Source of the DNA: an uncultured virus (IMG/VR IMGVR_UViG_3300020219_000001)
Lineage: Duplodnaviria; Heunggongvirae; Uroviricota; Caudoviricetes
DNA length: 64,000 nucleotides
Reading direction: 5' to 3' (one strand)
IMG/VR virus record: IMGVR_UViG_3300020219_000001
Below the pieces are notes generated by a model. That model saw only the letters and a list, made by a program, of their open reading frames with translations. It ran no database searches and had not been told where the DNA came from. Each line of letters starts with the position of its first letter. Position 1 is the stretch's first letter. This document shows positions 8,378 through 17,875 of this stretch, piece by piece. The position numbers were made by a program, and so were the translations under genes.

Positions 8378-8685
8378 TGCAAACACGCTACGTCTGCGTT
8401 TGGGATTGGTACGAGAGCAAGTTCAAAGTCTTCCAGGTCGTTGGTGAGGAGAGCGGCGGCTTCTTCGTCGGCAACTTCGACGACCGAGTCAAGACGCTGT
8501 TCAACTGTGGCCACTACGGTAGCCGACCCGGCATCGAGATGCAGTGGGTCGCGATCACTCGCAAGGGCGCGGTCGGAAAACGGCGGAAGGATCAAAAGAG
8601 GATCGTGAAGGATTACGAGCAGGAAGTGGCCGCGGCGAGAACCGACCTAGCACTACTCGACAAGCTACACGGAGCACCACTTTGA
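8377..8685 (+). CDS. Hypothetical protein
   Basis: Coupled to neighbours, GGAG RBS. Confidence 0.65.
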   Translation: MQTRYVCVWDWYESKFKVFQVVGEESGGFFVGNFDDRVKTLFNCGHYGSRPGIEMQWVAITRKGAVGKRRKDQKRIVKDYEQEVAAARTDLALLDKLHGAPL

Positions 8686-8990
8686 GCAAGCAAGTCACCA
8701 AGTGGGTCTGCGAGCGGTACTTCGTCAACGAGACCCAGACGTACTTCTACAGAGCCGTGCAAGTCACGGTCACGGAGACGGCGAAGCAGTTTGTGTTCGC
8801 CGCTCGGGAAAGTTGTGTCGGCTACTCGAAGACAGTCAGCAAGAGCGACGATCGTCTTCACGACACTCGCGAGGCCGCCATCATGGCTGAGCACAAACGT
8901 GTCGAGGATCACATCCAGGAGTGCGCCGAGGCCATGCGGGAGCTTGTCTCGGACGCCAACAAGCTCAGAGCCTTGAAGGAGGCGGCGTGA
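8682..8990 (+). CDS. Hypothetical protein (probable TTG start)
   Basis: TTGA stop/start overlap, GGAG RBS. Confidence 0.6.
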   Translation: MSKQVTKWVCERYFVNETQTYFYRAVQVTVTETAKQFVFAARESCVGYSKTVSKSDDRLHDTREAAIMAEHKRVEDHIQECAEAMRELVSDANKLRALKEAA

Positions 8991-9168
8991 ACGACGAGAG
9001 ATACGAGCGCGAGGTGGCGTGGATCGAGAAGCATCCACATCTGGTGAAGTTCATCCGCAAGCACGAGCACCCGGTCACCATCGTTTGGGTGATCTGGCAG
9101 ACCGTCAAATTCTTCGCCTTGCTGCCATTCACCTTGGCGATGGGCATCTACTACAGCATGAGGGACCA

Positions 9169-9447
9169 ATGAGAGACGAGATCACACTGTGGGCCGTGAA
9201 GATTGACGCTGACGACAACGTCTCCGTCCACCAGCTAGTCGGCGTGTTGTACGGGGACTACTTCCAACCCGATCGCAATCCCCATGTCAACGGGAAGTGC
9301 TACTTGCCAGGATCGACCTTGCGTCTCACACGCGAAGAAGCGATCCAGTCGAACATCGCGTGCTTCAAGGATCGAGGGAGCAACATCCAGAAGCAACTCG
9401 ACGAGAACAACGCTTTCTTGGCCAAGTTCGAGGCGTTGCTCGCATGA
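9169..9447 (+). CDS. Hypothetical protein, paralogue of the next gene
   Basis: FQPDRNPH..CYLP..LTREEAI. Confidence 0.7.
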   Translation: MRDEITLWAVKIDADDNVSVHQLVGVLYGDYFQPDRNPHVNGKCYLPGSTLRLTREEAIQSNIACFKDRGSNIQKQLDENNAFLAKFEALLA

Positions 9448-9719
9448 GTAGTGCAACTTTCTGGTGGATCGGTCACAAACCGGACGGGCAAGTGGTCGTA
9501 ACGCCGATCCACGGCCGGCAGGAGTGGGAGTGGTTCTATCCCGAACCTAACCCGCACTTCAAGCCACAAATCTACTTACCGAATCACTGCTACCTGAAGC
9601 ACACGCGGAAGGAAGCGATCAACGATTCGATCGCGATCTACAAGGGGCGTAAGGCTGGTCTCCTGAAACAAATCGAAGATTGCGATCTCATCCTCAAGAA
9701 CCTGGAAGCATTGCTGTGA
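9444..9719 (+). CDS. Hypothetical protein, paralogue of the previous gene
   Basis: FYPEPNPH..IYLP..HTRKEAI; ATGA overlap. Confidence 0.7.
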   Translation: MSSATFWWIGHKPDGQVVVTPIHGRQEWEWFYPEPNPHFKPQIYLPNHCYLKHTRKEAINDSIAIYKGRKAGLLKQIEDCDLILKNLEALL

Positions 9720-10094
9720 AGACACTCAAACTCAATCAGAAGACTGCGTCGTTCTTCTTGGACGGTGTAGACATCGGCGACTACCTGGAAGTGGAGATTC
9801 TGGAGCGTCTTGGAGAGCTTCGTTCAGTCGCCGTCTCGTTTGAACCCTTCAATCTGCCCGTAATTGGGTACCGATTGAAGATTCTATTCTCTTGCGATGT
9901 GGATTCCGAGGAAGAGGTCGTCTTTGAAACGTCTTCGGTCGCTACGCAATTCCTGATGCGGGGGTGTCACTTGAGTGTGAAGCACCGAATGTCGGTGTAT
10001 CAGCGCGAGTGGGTTGGCCGAGCAGTTTCCCACGTGACCATGAATGGCAGGGCCATTCCACCAACTTTGGTATAGCAAACAAGAGAAACATACG

Positions 10095-10424
10095 ATGAAG
10101 AAATTCCACGCAGACGAAATGAAGAGGGCCGGCTGGACGATCGACAACCACGCCCACATCGCCTACACCGGTGAGCGGTTCGGGTCTCCCAGCTTCCACC
10201 ACGTTTACACCGAGCTTGAATCAGCGTACCGCCGGTGGATCAAGGGGATCGCGATCAGGTGTGGCGCAGCACTCGACTACGGCCACGACAGCCTCCTGGA
10301 GGACATCTACCGCAAGGCGATGGCGATTCTGGACGCTCCAACCAGTGTCACCGGTAGAAGCCGCAAGGGAGCAGCCGAAATGGTGGATTCCGGTCCTTAT
10401 CCTGTACCACTGAGAGTTGACTAG
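10095..10424 (+). CDS. Hypothetical protein
   Basis: MKKFHADEMK start within ORF 10044..10424. Confidence 0.55.
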   Translation: MKKFHADEMKRAGWTIDNHAHIAYTGERFGSPSFHHVYTELESAYRRWIKGIAIRCGAALDYGHDSLLEDIYRKAMAILDAPTSVTGRSRKGAAEMVDSGPYPVPLRVD

Positions 10425-10444
10425 CTAGTTTCTTGGTACATACT
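10417..10444 (+). promoter_or_regulatory. Early promoter, copy 3 (likely leaderless)
   Basis: ATG at 10451 lies 6 nt after CATACT. Confidence 0.8.
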
Positions 10445-10450
10445 ACAAGT

Positions 10451-11089
10451 ATGAACACAACCAAGACCAAGCCCGACTCGTTCAAAGAAACCCTGACCCG
10501 AATCTTCGAGTCGGTGGAAGACAAGTTCCGCGCCGACGCCGTCGCCCGCTACGTGGCGATGGCTCAGCGGCAGTACGAAGCCTTCACCAAGTTCGCCGCG
10601 GGCCAGGAGCCGGAGCGGGATCGCTACTACCACGATTCGATGCGGGTCCCGGAGTACGTCGGCAACAAGAAGGGCTGCTGGCAGTCCGGCTGGGCCGGCA
10701 TCGTCGCCGCCCACCAGAACGGAGAATGGTTCTGCGACGAAGCCAAGGCGATCAAGGACGCCAACCACCAGGTGGACATGGTCAAGCTCCAGTTCATCTC
10801 GAAGCACGTGAAGAAGCTGGAGAACGCGACCAAGTCGCACAAGGGCAAGCCGAACCACGTGTCCGGCGAACTCGCCCACACGGTACTGGTTGAAGGACAC
10901 CTGAAGGTCGCGTACAAGAACGGCGATTCGTTCGTCCTGACGCTGAGCATGATTGTCAATCACCGCTACTCGCGAGGCTGCACGAGCTTCTACCAGTTCC
11001 CGTCCCGCTTCAAGGACGTGATGCTGAAGGGGAAGCCGGTCACGGGTACCAAGGTTTCGGAAAAGTGGATGGGAGAGCACTTCCAATGA
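10451..11089 (+). CDS. Hypothetical phage protein
   Basis: Strong GC3 codon bias; FYQFPSRF motif. Confidence 0.8.
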   Translation: MNTTKTKPDSFKETLTRIFESVEDKFRADAVARYVAMAQRQYEAFTKFAAGQEPERDRYYHDSMRVPEYVGNKKGCWQSGWAGIVAAHQNGEWFCDEAKAIKDANHQVDMVKLQFISKHVKKLENATKSHKGKPNHVSGELAHTVLVEGHLKVAYKNGDSFVLTLSMIVNHRYSRGCTSFYQFPSRFKDVMLKGKPVTGTKVSEKWMGEHFQ

Positions 11090-11358
11090 AGAACGGCGAC
11101 ACGGGCTTCGAGGTCGAGTGGTGCAAAGAGATTCCCAAGGACGAGCATGGAGACGCTGACCTTGACCAAGCAAAGATGGTCATCAAGGATTTCCCGACGC
11201 ACGAACTCGCAATGAAGTACGCGAAGGAAGTCCACCCGCAGAACCAGTTCCTTGACACGAGGATCACGCCTTGGGAAGTGCGGCCGGTTGCCGACTACCC
11301 CGAGTTGCTGGATTGTCACTACGGTGAATCAGAGTTCTATCGAGGCGAGCAACTATGA
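11086..11358 (+). CDS. Hypothetical protein
   Basis: ATGA overlap. Confidence 0.65.
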   Translation: MKNGDTGFEVEWCKEIPKDEHGDADLDQAKMVIKDFPTHELAMKYAKEVHPQNQFLDTRITPWEVRPVADYPELLDCHYGESEFYRGEQL

Positions 11359-11897
11359 GCATCCCGAAGTGGCGAGTGGTCGAGTACACCGACGACGGGT
11401 GCTCGATCTTCCAGTGCTTGAACTGCTACGACACCTGGGAAGGGCGCACGCCGGCCGGCTACAGCGACTTCGACGGAACGTACACGGCACTCTGGAGGTT
11501 CTGCCCGTGCTGCGGCATCCAGTGGGAGGGATCGGCACGCGAGCAGACGGATGAGTACGGGCCGCGGCGAACACGGATTCTCAAGGCAGTCGATGACTAT
11601 CGGCACGCCAACTGGGATCGGTACTACAACAAGGTCCCGCCGAGGTACTGGTGGGTCATCGAACACAAGTACACGTTCCGCTTCATGCCGACGATGGAGA
11701 GGTGGGAACCGCAGGTTCGATACACGAACTTCAAGTACGGTGCGAAGGAGATGCTCGCGAGGAAGAACGAGGCCCACGCCGAGGCCCTCCGCGACTGCGT
11801 GGAAGATTCAACCGTTGAGACAAGGCTGGTGATGGTGCGAGACCTAGAAGCACACTACGGCCGTTTCCAGTCCACAGGACACGAAGGGTACCGATGA
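11355..11897 (+). CDS. Zn-ribbon protein
   Basis: CLNC...FCPCCG; ATGA overlaps. Confidence 0.75.
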   Translation: MSIPKWRVVEYTDDGCSIFQCLNCYDTWEGRTPAGYSDFDGTYTALWRFCPCCGIQWEGSAREQTDEYGPRRTRILKAVDDYRHANWDRYYNKVPPRYWWVIEHKYTFRFMPTMERWEPQVRYTNFKYGAKEMLARKNEAHAEALRDCVEDSTVETRLVMVRDLEAHYGRFQSTGHEGYR

Positions 11898-12145
11898 ACG
11901 CAGCAGAAGCCTGGGACCTAACGACGAAGAACCGCGAGAGCACCAACGATACACATCGCAGGCTCCTGCGGAAGATCAGAAAGGCAGCCAAGCGAGGGTA
12001 CTACTACGTCCAGGTGTCTTACGAAGATGTGCATAACGGTAACCAAGGCGATGATGCCATCCAACGACTGACTGACGCAGGCTATAGCGTCCGGCGAGAC
12101 GCCTTCGAGGAATCAAAGTACACGATCCGCTGGGAGATCAGATGA
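11894..12145 (+). CDS. Hypothetical protein
   Basis: ATGA-coupled chain. Confidence 0.7.
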   Translation: MNAAEAWDLTTKNRESTNDTHRRLLRKIRKAAKRGYYYVQVSYEDVHNGNQGDDAIQRLTDAGYSVRRDAFEESKYTIRWEIR

Positions 12146-12393
12146 GCGACGACTTCGCATCCGCATCAGACCTGCAAAACACCCAGTGGGAGGTTCAAGA
12201 CCTGTACCAATGGAAGAACGAAGTCGAAAACCGCATCTTCGACTTGCAGTCCAAGGTTCAGCAACTTGAAAACGACCGCGACACGCTGGAACTCAAGGTG
12301 GCGCACCTGGAGAACCAAGAACGAGTTCACGGATCACGGATCGACGACCATCGCATCTCACTCGACCAACTTCGGAGGCACTGCCGGCTATGA
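12142..12393 (+). CDS. Coiled-coil protein
   Basis: Heptad pattern; ATGA-coupled. Confidence 0.7.
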   Translation: MSDDFASASDLQNTQWEVQDLYQWKNEVENRIFDLQSKVQQLENDRDTLELKVAHLENQERVHGSRIDDHRISLDQLRRHCRL

Positions 12394-12620
12394 CCATCTC
12401 GCAAATTGCGAACCTGATGAACGATGCGACCGAGTACCCACTCGTGGACCGCATTGCGGCCAGAATCATACTCGAAGGCTACACGGAGGAGGATTTCTGG
12501 AAGACTTTCCTTCCTGACGGCGACCCGATCAGAATCAACGTCCATAACAAAATCCGGGACTTTACCCGGAACGGCAAAGAGATCACGCCAAAGCTGAAGA
12601 AACTCGCGGAGCAACTGTGA
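12390..12620 (+). CDS. Hypothetical protein
   Basis: ATGA-coupled. Confidence 0.7.
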   Translation: MTISQIANLMNDATEYPLVDRIAARIILEGYTEEDFWKTFLPDGDPIRINVHNKIRDFTRNGKEITPKLKKLAEQL

Positions 12621-13081
12621 CCGACTGGATGCGGGCCTTCTGGCCCGGAAACAACCCAATGAAGGAACTGAACATGGAATTCGCAGACGTGAAGGAAGGT
12701 GACACGCTCATCATGCACCGTGACGCCGACGATCTCATCGGCTCCATCGTCGTGGTCGAGCGACGGACGGCTCAACGCATCCGGACCGACAAGAACACCG
12801 TGTTCAATCTCGCCGGTAAGGAGGTCGGCGGCCTGGGCAAACGTCGCTTGCAGAAGCCGACGCCTTCAGACATCAAGCGGATCAAGGCCGCCCAAGTCAA
12901 GAAGGACTTGGAACGGAAGCGAATCGAACGAGAGAACGAGGCGCGCCGGGCGCGACCTGGTTACCAAGCGGCCGACTTCCTCACAGGGCTGGGAGCCTTG
13001 ACCACGGAAGAGCTTCTTGACCGACATCACCCAGACAAAATCATCAAAGCAGCGAGATTACTTGGCTATGAGCAGTCCTGA
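12617..13081 (+). CDS. Hypothetical protein
   Basis: GTGA-coupled. Confidence 0.7.
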   Translation: MTDWMRAFWPGNNPMKELNMEFADVKEGDTLIMHRDADDLIGSIVVVERRTAQRIRTDKNTVFNLAGKEVGGLGKRRLQKPTPSDIKRIKAAQVKKDLERKRIERENEARRARPGYQAADFLTGLGALTTEELLDRHHPDKIIKAARLLGYEQS

Positions 13082-13322
13082 CTTCTACCTCTGCGACGTG
13101 TGCGGCGATCGCACGAAGCACCGGTTCAATCCGTCCACGCAGCGCGTCACGGATGAGGCCGGGTCGATGGATGATCTTGGTGTGCAGATCGACCTGTGCG
13201 GTAAGCACATGGAAGCGTTACTCCATCGCCTGTTGATGGACCCGGAGTACCACAACCGCCCTGACTACGTCAACGGAAGACGCTTCGTGCAGAGCTTCGA
13301 CAAGGTGAAGCGGGACCCATGA
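13068..13322 (+). CDS. Zn-binding small protein
   Basis: CDVCG...DLCGKH. Confidence 0.7.
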   Translation: MSSPDFYLCDVCGDRTKHRFNPSTQRVTDEAGSMDDLGVQIDLCGKHMEALLHRLLMDPEYHNRPDYVNGRRFVQSFDKVKRDP

Positions 13323-13828
13323 AGCAAGAAATCGCAACACACGACCGTCCACCGTCACCGAACACCGGGAGGTCAACTGGTCACGGAGAAGGGATTGAGT
13401 ACGAGGGGCGCACGTACTACTACCGCACTCCGCACTGGATTCCGAAGGATCGCATCTCGTTCGCCATGCGGGAGTACAGCTACCGCAGTCGGCAGCGAGG
13501 AGACAAAGAGTACGTCGTCATCGCGCCCGAGGGCGACCATTACATCGTCCTGGATGTCGTCGCGGACGGCATCCTGGACGTGATGAAGTTCTACAAGGAC
13601 AAGACACCGCAGGAAGCGATCGCCGAGGACCTGGAACTGAGACGGCAAATTCAGATCGGGCTTGACGCCCATCCGAAGTGTAAGTGTGAGAACCTACTAA
13701 TTCGCTTCGAGCAAGAACAACGTGATGATGAGTGCCTGGAATGCTTTCTGAGACGCTCGAAGCCGAGTACATCGGCGGGCCGTGGGACGGGAAAAGAGAA
13801 ACGATCAGCCACGGGACGCTCGAAGTAG
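13319..13828 (+). CDS. Hypothetical protein
   Basis: ATGA-coupled. Confidence 0.6.
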   Translation: MKQEIATHDRPPSPNTGRSTGHGEGIEYEGRTYYYRTPHWIPKDRISFAMREYSYRSRQRGDKEYVVIAPEGDHYIVLDVVADGILDVMKFYKDKTPQEAIAEDLELRRQIQIGLDAHPKCKCENLLIRFEQEQRDDECLECFLRRSKPSTSAGRGTGKEKRSATGRSK

Positions 13829-13943
13829 CCGTCCCATTGAGTCCTGAGTATCAAATCCCGGGATCACGAGCGTTGAACTGCCGCCACCTTTACTACCGAC
13901 TCACCGGGGCCGGTAAGACCACTCTGAAGTACCAAGGAATCCG

Positions 13944-14837
13944 ATGAGCAGCGTTGTTGCAAAACTAACCCGCATGAACCTGTTGAAGCCACCAGGCTTC
14001 TTAGAGCACAACGTCCACTACGAGACGATCACCGGATCACAATCGTATGGCGTGTCGGACGAGAACTCCGACATGGACGTGATCGGCTTCTGCATCCCGC
14101 CCAAAGACATGATTTTCCCACACCTCCGCGGCGAAATCCCTGGCTTCGGGACGCAGGTTCAGCGGTTCGAGCAGTTCATCGGCAATGCCACCGAGGTGGA
14201 CCGCAAGTACGACGTGACGATCTACTCGATCGTGAAGTTCTTCCAACTTTGCATGGAGAACAACCCGAACATGATCGACTCGCTCTTCACCGCTCAAGAC
14301 TGCGTCGTGCATTGCACGAAGGTCGGCAACATGGTGCGTGAGAAGCGCCGCATGTTCCTCCACAAGGGCGCGTGGCACAAGTTCAAGGGCTACGCCTACT
14401 CGCAGTTGCACAAAATGGACGGCAAGGGAGTCCAAACAGGCTCCAAGCGGTCTGAATTGCGAGAGAAGTTCGGCTACGACGTGAAGTTCGCCTACCACGT
14501 GGTGCGTTTGCTCGATGAGATCGAGCAGATTCTCACCGAGGGCGACATCGACCTGCGGCGCAACCGCGAGCAGATGAAAGCCATCCGCCGCGGCGATGTA
14601 CCCAAGGAAGACATCGTCAACTTCTTCAACGAGAAGGAGAAGGCGTTGGAAAGCCTCTACGACAAATGCACGCTGCCGTGGGGACCGCCGGTGGACCAAA
14701 TCAGGCAACTCCTCCTGAACTGCTTGGAAGAGCACTACGGGAACCTGGCGGACGCCGTTGTGGAGCCGGAAGCGGCCCTCAAAGCACTCCGCGAGGTCAG
14801 CGAAACACTCGAAAGGCACAGGTTACTGCTCGTATGA
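13944..14837 (+). CDS. Pol-beta superfamily nucleotidyltransferase (RlaP/YcgL-like)
   Basis: GSQSYG...SDMD, NNPNMID, YDVKFAYHVVRL, AIRRG. Confidence 0.88.
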   Translation: MSSVVAKLTRMNLLKPPGFLEHNVHYETITGSQSYGVSDENSDMDVIGFCIPPKDMIFPHLRGEIPGFGTQVQRFEQFIGNATEVDRKYDVTIYSIVKFFQLCMENNPNMIDSLFTAQDCVVHCTKVGNMVREKRRMFLHKGAWHKFKGYAYSQLHKMDGKGVQTGSKRSELREKFGYDVKFAYHVVRLLDEIEQILTEGDIDLRRNREQMKAIRRGDVPKEDIVNFFNEKEKALESLYDKCTLPWGPPVDQIRQLLLNCLEEHYGNLADAVVEPEAALKALREVSETLERHRLLLV

Positions 14838-15085
14838 ACCGATTTGACGCCGCCGTCGAACCACCGAAGACGCAGCAGAAGACCCTGATGCTTCTCGTCG
14901 AAGTCAACGTGCCTGGGGAGGGCTGGACGCCGTTCGCCTTACGCAACGGCACCTTGGACGCCGCCATGACGGACGTGAAGTCCGTGAGCAGTAAGCGAGA
15001 GCTTCGCGACACGCGCATCCGCCGGCTTTACACGCAAGCGGAAGTGGTCGAGGCGAACGAACAGATGGAGAGCTTCTGGGCGTGA
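14834..15085 (+). CDS. Hypothetical protein
   Basis: ATGA-coupled; stop codon overlaps the 5' end of the tmRNA-like RNA. Confidence 0.7.
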   Translation: MNRFDAAVEPPKTQQKTLMLLVEVNVPGEGWTPFALRNGTLDAAMTDVKSVSSKRELRDTRIRRLYTQAEVVEANEQMESFWA

Positions 15086-15217
15086 TGGGTTTCGACGACA
15101 TAGCCAAGTGATCTCGCTCGCCGTGGTAGGCAAGCAGGGAAACATGCGTTTATCACAAGTCCCTGTGTGAATCAGCAACTTGCTCGGACGCCGGTTCGAC
15201 TCCGGCCACGTCCACTA
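15078..15217 (+). ncRNA. Miniature tmRNA-like RNA (tRNA-like domain, 140 nt)
   Basis: Acceptor GGGCGTG/CACGTCC with G3-U, discriminator A, stemless D-loop ending TTCGAC, GGAC then T-arm GCCGG-TTCGACT-CCGGC. Confidence 0.8.
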
Positions 15218-15233
15218 ACACGAAAGGTACCGA

Positions 15234-15536
15234 ATGAGCAGAGAAGCAGTCTACTTCGACCCGTGTGACCTCCAAGAGGCCAAGAACGTGCTTAAAGAGC
15301 ACACTGTGAGCGTCATGGTCGAGCCTGAGGTCGCACGAGTGTGTCCAGAGCACTGGAGTGTTGTCTGGGCGCACGGGAGCATGAGTTTGCTCTCCACGGG
15401 TAGCTGTGGACCGAACACGGCCGTGGGCACGGCGGCGTTGTACGTCCGCCTGTGGCTCCAGGGCATCGACTGTGGCCTCGCGCGTGACTTGGCCTGTTCC
15501 TACTTCGATCGACGCATTGCGAGGACCATGAAGTGA
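15234..15536 (+). CDS. Hypothetical protein
   Basis: AAAGG RBS. Confidence 0.65.
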   Translation: MSREAVYFDPCDLQEAKNVLKEHTVSVMVEPEVARVCPEHWSVVWAHGSMSLLSTGSCGPNTAVGTAALYVRLWLQGIDCGLARDLACSYFDRRIARTMK

Positions 15537-15698
15537 TTACGACCAAGTACACCTGGTGGACGACGCCGCAGGAGCTTCGCGAGGCCGCCGACCAGCTTGA
15601 AAAGATGGCAAAAACGGTCCAAGTGGGCGAGAGAGTGCCCGAAATCGTCGTCGGAGGCCAAGATCACGTCGAATTGAGCCTGAAATTCGCCATGTAGC

Positions 15699-15726
15699 TT
15701 GACTATCTAGTTTCTTGGTACATACT
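15699..15726 (+). promoter_or_regulatory. Early promoter, copy 4
   Basis: TTGACTATCTAGTTTCTTGGTACATACT. Confidence 0.8.
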
Positions 15727-15756
15727 TCAGATGTACCAAACAACTGGAGTCGAGCA

Positions 15757-16272
15757 ATGCACCAAGACGACATCGGCAACCTCCGTCAACTCACCCGCGA
15801 AGACGTGAGCCACCTCCGCAAGGCCGGCTCGATCTCGTTCTACCACTCGGACGGTAAGGGTGAGATCGTTGCCAGACGCAACGAGACCAATCCCGGCTCC
15901 GATGATCCGAAGAACTGGAACTACGAAGTTCCGGTCTACAGCAGGGTGAGCGCCGGCTACAAGGAGCCGACCGGGCTGAAGGAAGTCGCCTCCTGCCACG
16001 TGCTCATCACGATGGCCAACAACGTCCACGAGGTCTGGAGCACGATCGCTCGCTTCTTGAAGCTCGGTGATCGCATCTGGCTCGACTGGCGTCGTGACTC
16101 CATGACGAACGGCTACATGGAGAAGCACAACCTCCACGGAGATCGCCTGAAGCTCTACGTCCACCGCAGGAAGGGAGATCGCTTCGAGCAGTTCATGTTC
16201 GTGGTCGAGGTCCAGTGCTGCGAGAACAACACGGCCCGCATGATCCGCCGCGGCCCCTACAACATGGAGTAA
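15757..16272 (+). CDS. Hypothetical phage protein
   Basis: GGAG RBS; ends CCENNTARMIRR. Confidence 0.75.
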   Translation: MHQDDIGNLRQLTREDVSHLRKAGSISFYHSDGKGEIVARRNETNPGSDDPKNWNYEVPVYSRVSAGYKEPTGLKEVASCHVLITMANNVHEVWSTIARFLKLGDRIWLDWRRDSMTNGYMEKHNLHGDRLKLYVHRRKGDRFEQFMFVVEVQCCENNTARMIRRGPYNME

Positions 16273-16516
16273 CCATGATTTTCGGCATCGCGATTGGCGT
16301 CATTTTGGCTGTTTACACAACTTCAGCACGCTCGAAGGGTGGAAAACGAGGTCTTCACAGAGAAGTTGGACCTCTCGGCGTCTTTTTCATGGGGATTCTC
16401 TGATGTTCGACCTTCTGTTCGACGTGCTGTCCAACGTGGTTGTCTTCGCGGTGGTGGTAATCTTCCTCATCGTGGTGCTTCTCCCTTAACCGTCACTTTG
16501 CACTCCCAGGGAACCA

Positions 16517-16858
16517 ATGAAGATGTACGCAGCAATTCTGTCGCTAGTGTTCTTAGTCTCGGCCGCCTACGTGAACGTGACCAAGAAACAGCAAGCGATC
16601 GCCGAGGCGACGAAGTGCGCCGCGAAGGATGCCTTCTCGACCAGGTTCGAGCAGGCCATGCCGATCGACGAAGTTGAACTCCGCGCGCTGGTCGCCGAGA
16701 AGCTGAAAACGACCGATTTTGACCTGAAAATCGGCCAAAAAGTCGTTCCGCGGCCGACTGGCGGCCCCGGCCCCGGCTCCCAGGTCACTGTTTCAGTGAC
16801 CGTGGACGTTCCCTGGTACACCGACCTGTCGTGTGAGAGCACGATCGGCCTTGAATAA
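16517..16858 (+). CDS. Membrane-anchored or secreted small protein
   Basis: N-terminal hydrophobic helix. Confidence 0.65.
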   Translation: MKMYAAILSLVFLVSAAYVNVTKKQQAIAEATKCAAKDAFSTRFEQAMPIDEVELRALVAEKLKTTDFDLKIGQKVVPRPTGGPGPGSQVTVSVTVDVPWYTDLSCESTIGLE

Positions 16859-16990
16859 GGTAGGCTTCCACATGGGAGACTTTTGGAAAACCGTCCTCAT
16901 CCTGATGTTCCTAATCCCGTGGTGGCTCATCGCCTACTACAACATGAAGACCGGGAACACCCGCTATCGCCCAATGCGAAGGAGAAGAAA

Positions 16991-17203
16991 ATGAATCGAG
17001 ACAACACCTTCATCGTCTGCGCCTTCGTGTTGACGATGCTGCTAGGGTTCGGCATGAACTACGTGTTCGTCGTCGTGCCCGAACAGCGCGACCGAGAGGC
17101 GACCAAGGCGGCATTCCGATCCTTCATCCTCGGTGAGAAGGGCCAAGCGGCCATGCACCTCTCGGGCAACGCCATCGACCTCTTCCAACCGGTAGGAGAA
17201 TAA
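16991..17203 (+). CDS. Small membrane protein
   Basis: AAGGAG RBS; TM segment. Confidence 0.6.
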   Translation: MNRDNTFIVCAFVLTMLLGFGMNYVFVVVPEQRDREATKAAFRSFILGEKGQAAMHLSGNAIDLFQPVGE

Positions 17204-17247
17204 CCTTGCTCGTTATCGTCCACCCGTTCATCGACTTCGTCGTCGGC

Positions 17248-17526
17248 CTAATGCTGGCCGGCGTGTTCTGGTACGGCCTGGGGACGCCGAATGGACGCCG
17301 CTACTAGCACAGCTAGGTCGCGGATGTACTCCCAGTGCTCGTCGATCTCTTTGCCTATGATGCGTGCGTGCATCGGTAGGTTGGCTTCCTTCGCGTAGTT
17401 GACGAGTACCTTCTTCACGACTGCGTGAGGCGGTCGGAACTTCTCGTCACCTTCGAGGGAGTAGCGGACCAGTGTTAAGTCCGGCATGGCAGAGAAAACG
17501 TCCACGAGAGCTTGTGTAACGTCCAT
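17248..17526 (-). CDS. Hypothetical protein
   Basis: AAAGGAG RBS. Confidence 0.7.
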   Translation of the reverse strand: MDVTQALVDVFSAMPDLTLVRYSLEGDEKFRPPHAVVKKVLVNYAKEANLPMHARIIGKEIDEHWEYIRDLAVLVAASIRRPQAVPEHAGQH

Positions 17527-17797
17527 AGCAATCTCCTTTGATGGGAGATTCTAACCGCGCAAAGAGCCGCGGTCAAACATGTGACCAGAAAGGGTCAGTA
17601 GTGCCGAAGGCTTCGATCCCCTTCAGCATGTTCTCGAAGGCTTCTTCGAGCGTTGCGCCGCCACGAGTGATTACCTTACGGTAGACCATCATGCGGCGTT
17701 CGTCGCGGTACGGCTTGCAGCCGACCCAAGCCGTGGCTTCGATCCCACACTCGTGGAGACCGAGCGTCCATCGCCACGGCTTAGGCACGCGATCGAG

Positions 17798-17872
17798 CAT
17801 GGGTGACAGGACTTGAACCTGCAACGACTGGTTTTGGAGACCATCGCTCTTGTCCAGTTGAGCTACACCCAT
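17798..17872 (-). tRNA. tRNA-Trp (CCA anticodon), 3' CCA not encoded
   Basis: Acceptor ATGGGTG/CACCCAT, D-arm GCTC/GAGC, loop CTCCAAA, T-arm GCAGG-TTCAAGT-CCTGT, discriminator G. Confidence 0.9.
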
Positions 17873-17875
17873 GTG

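Noticed and set aside
15078..15217. Ordinary tRNA-Ala
   Set aside because: No D-stem or anticodon arm; length and GGAC/T-arm context match tmRNA instead
17798..17872. Suppressor tRNA or stop-codon recoding
   Set aside because: The anticodon is standard CCA; TGA, TAG and TAA all end coupled genes and long genes are uninterrupted
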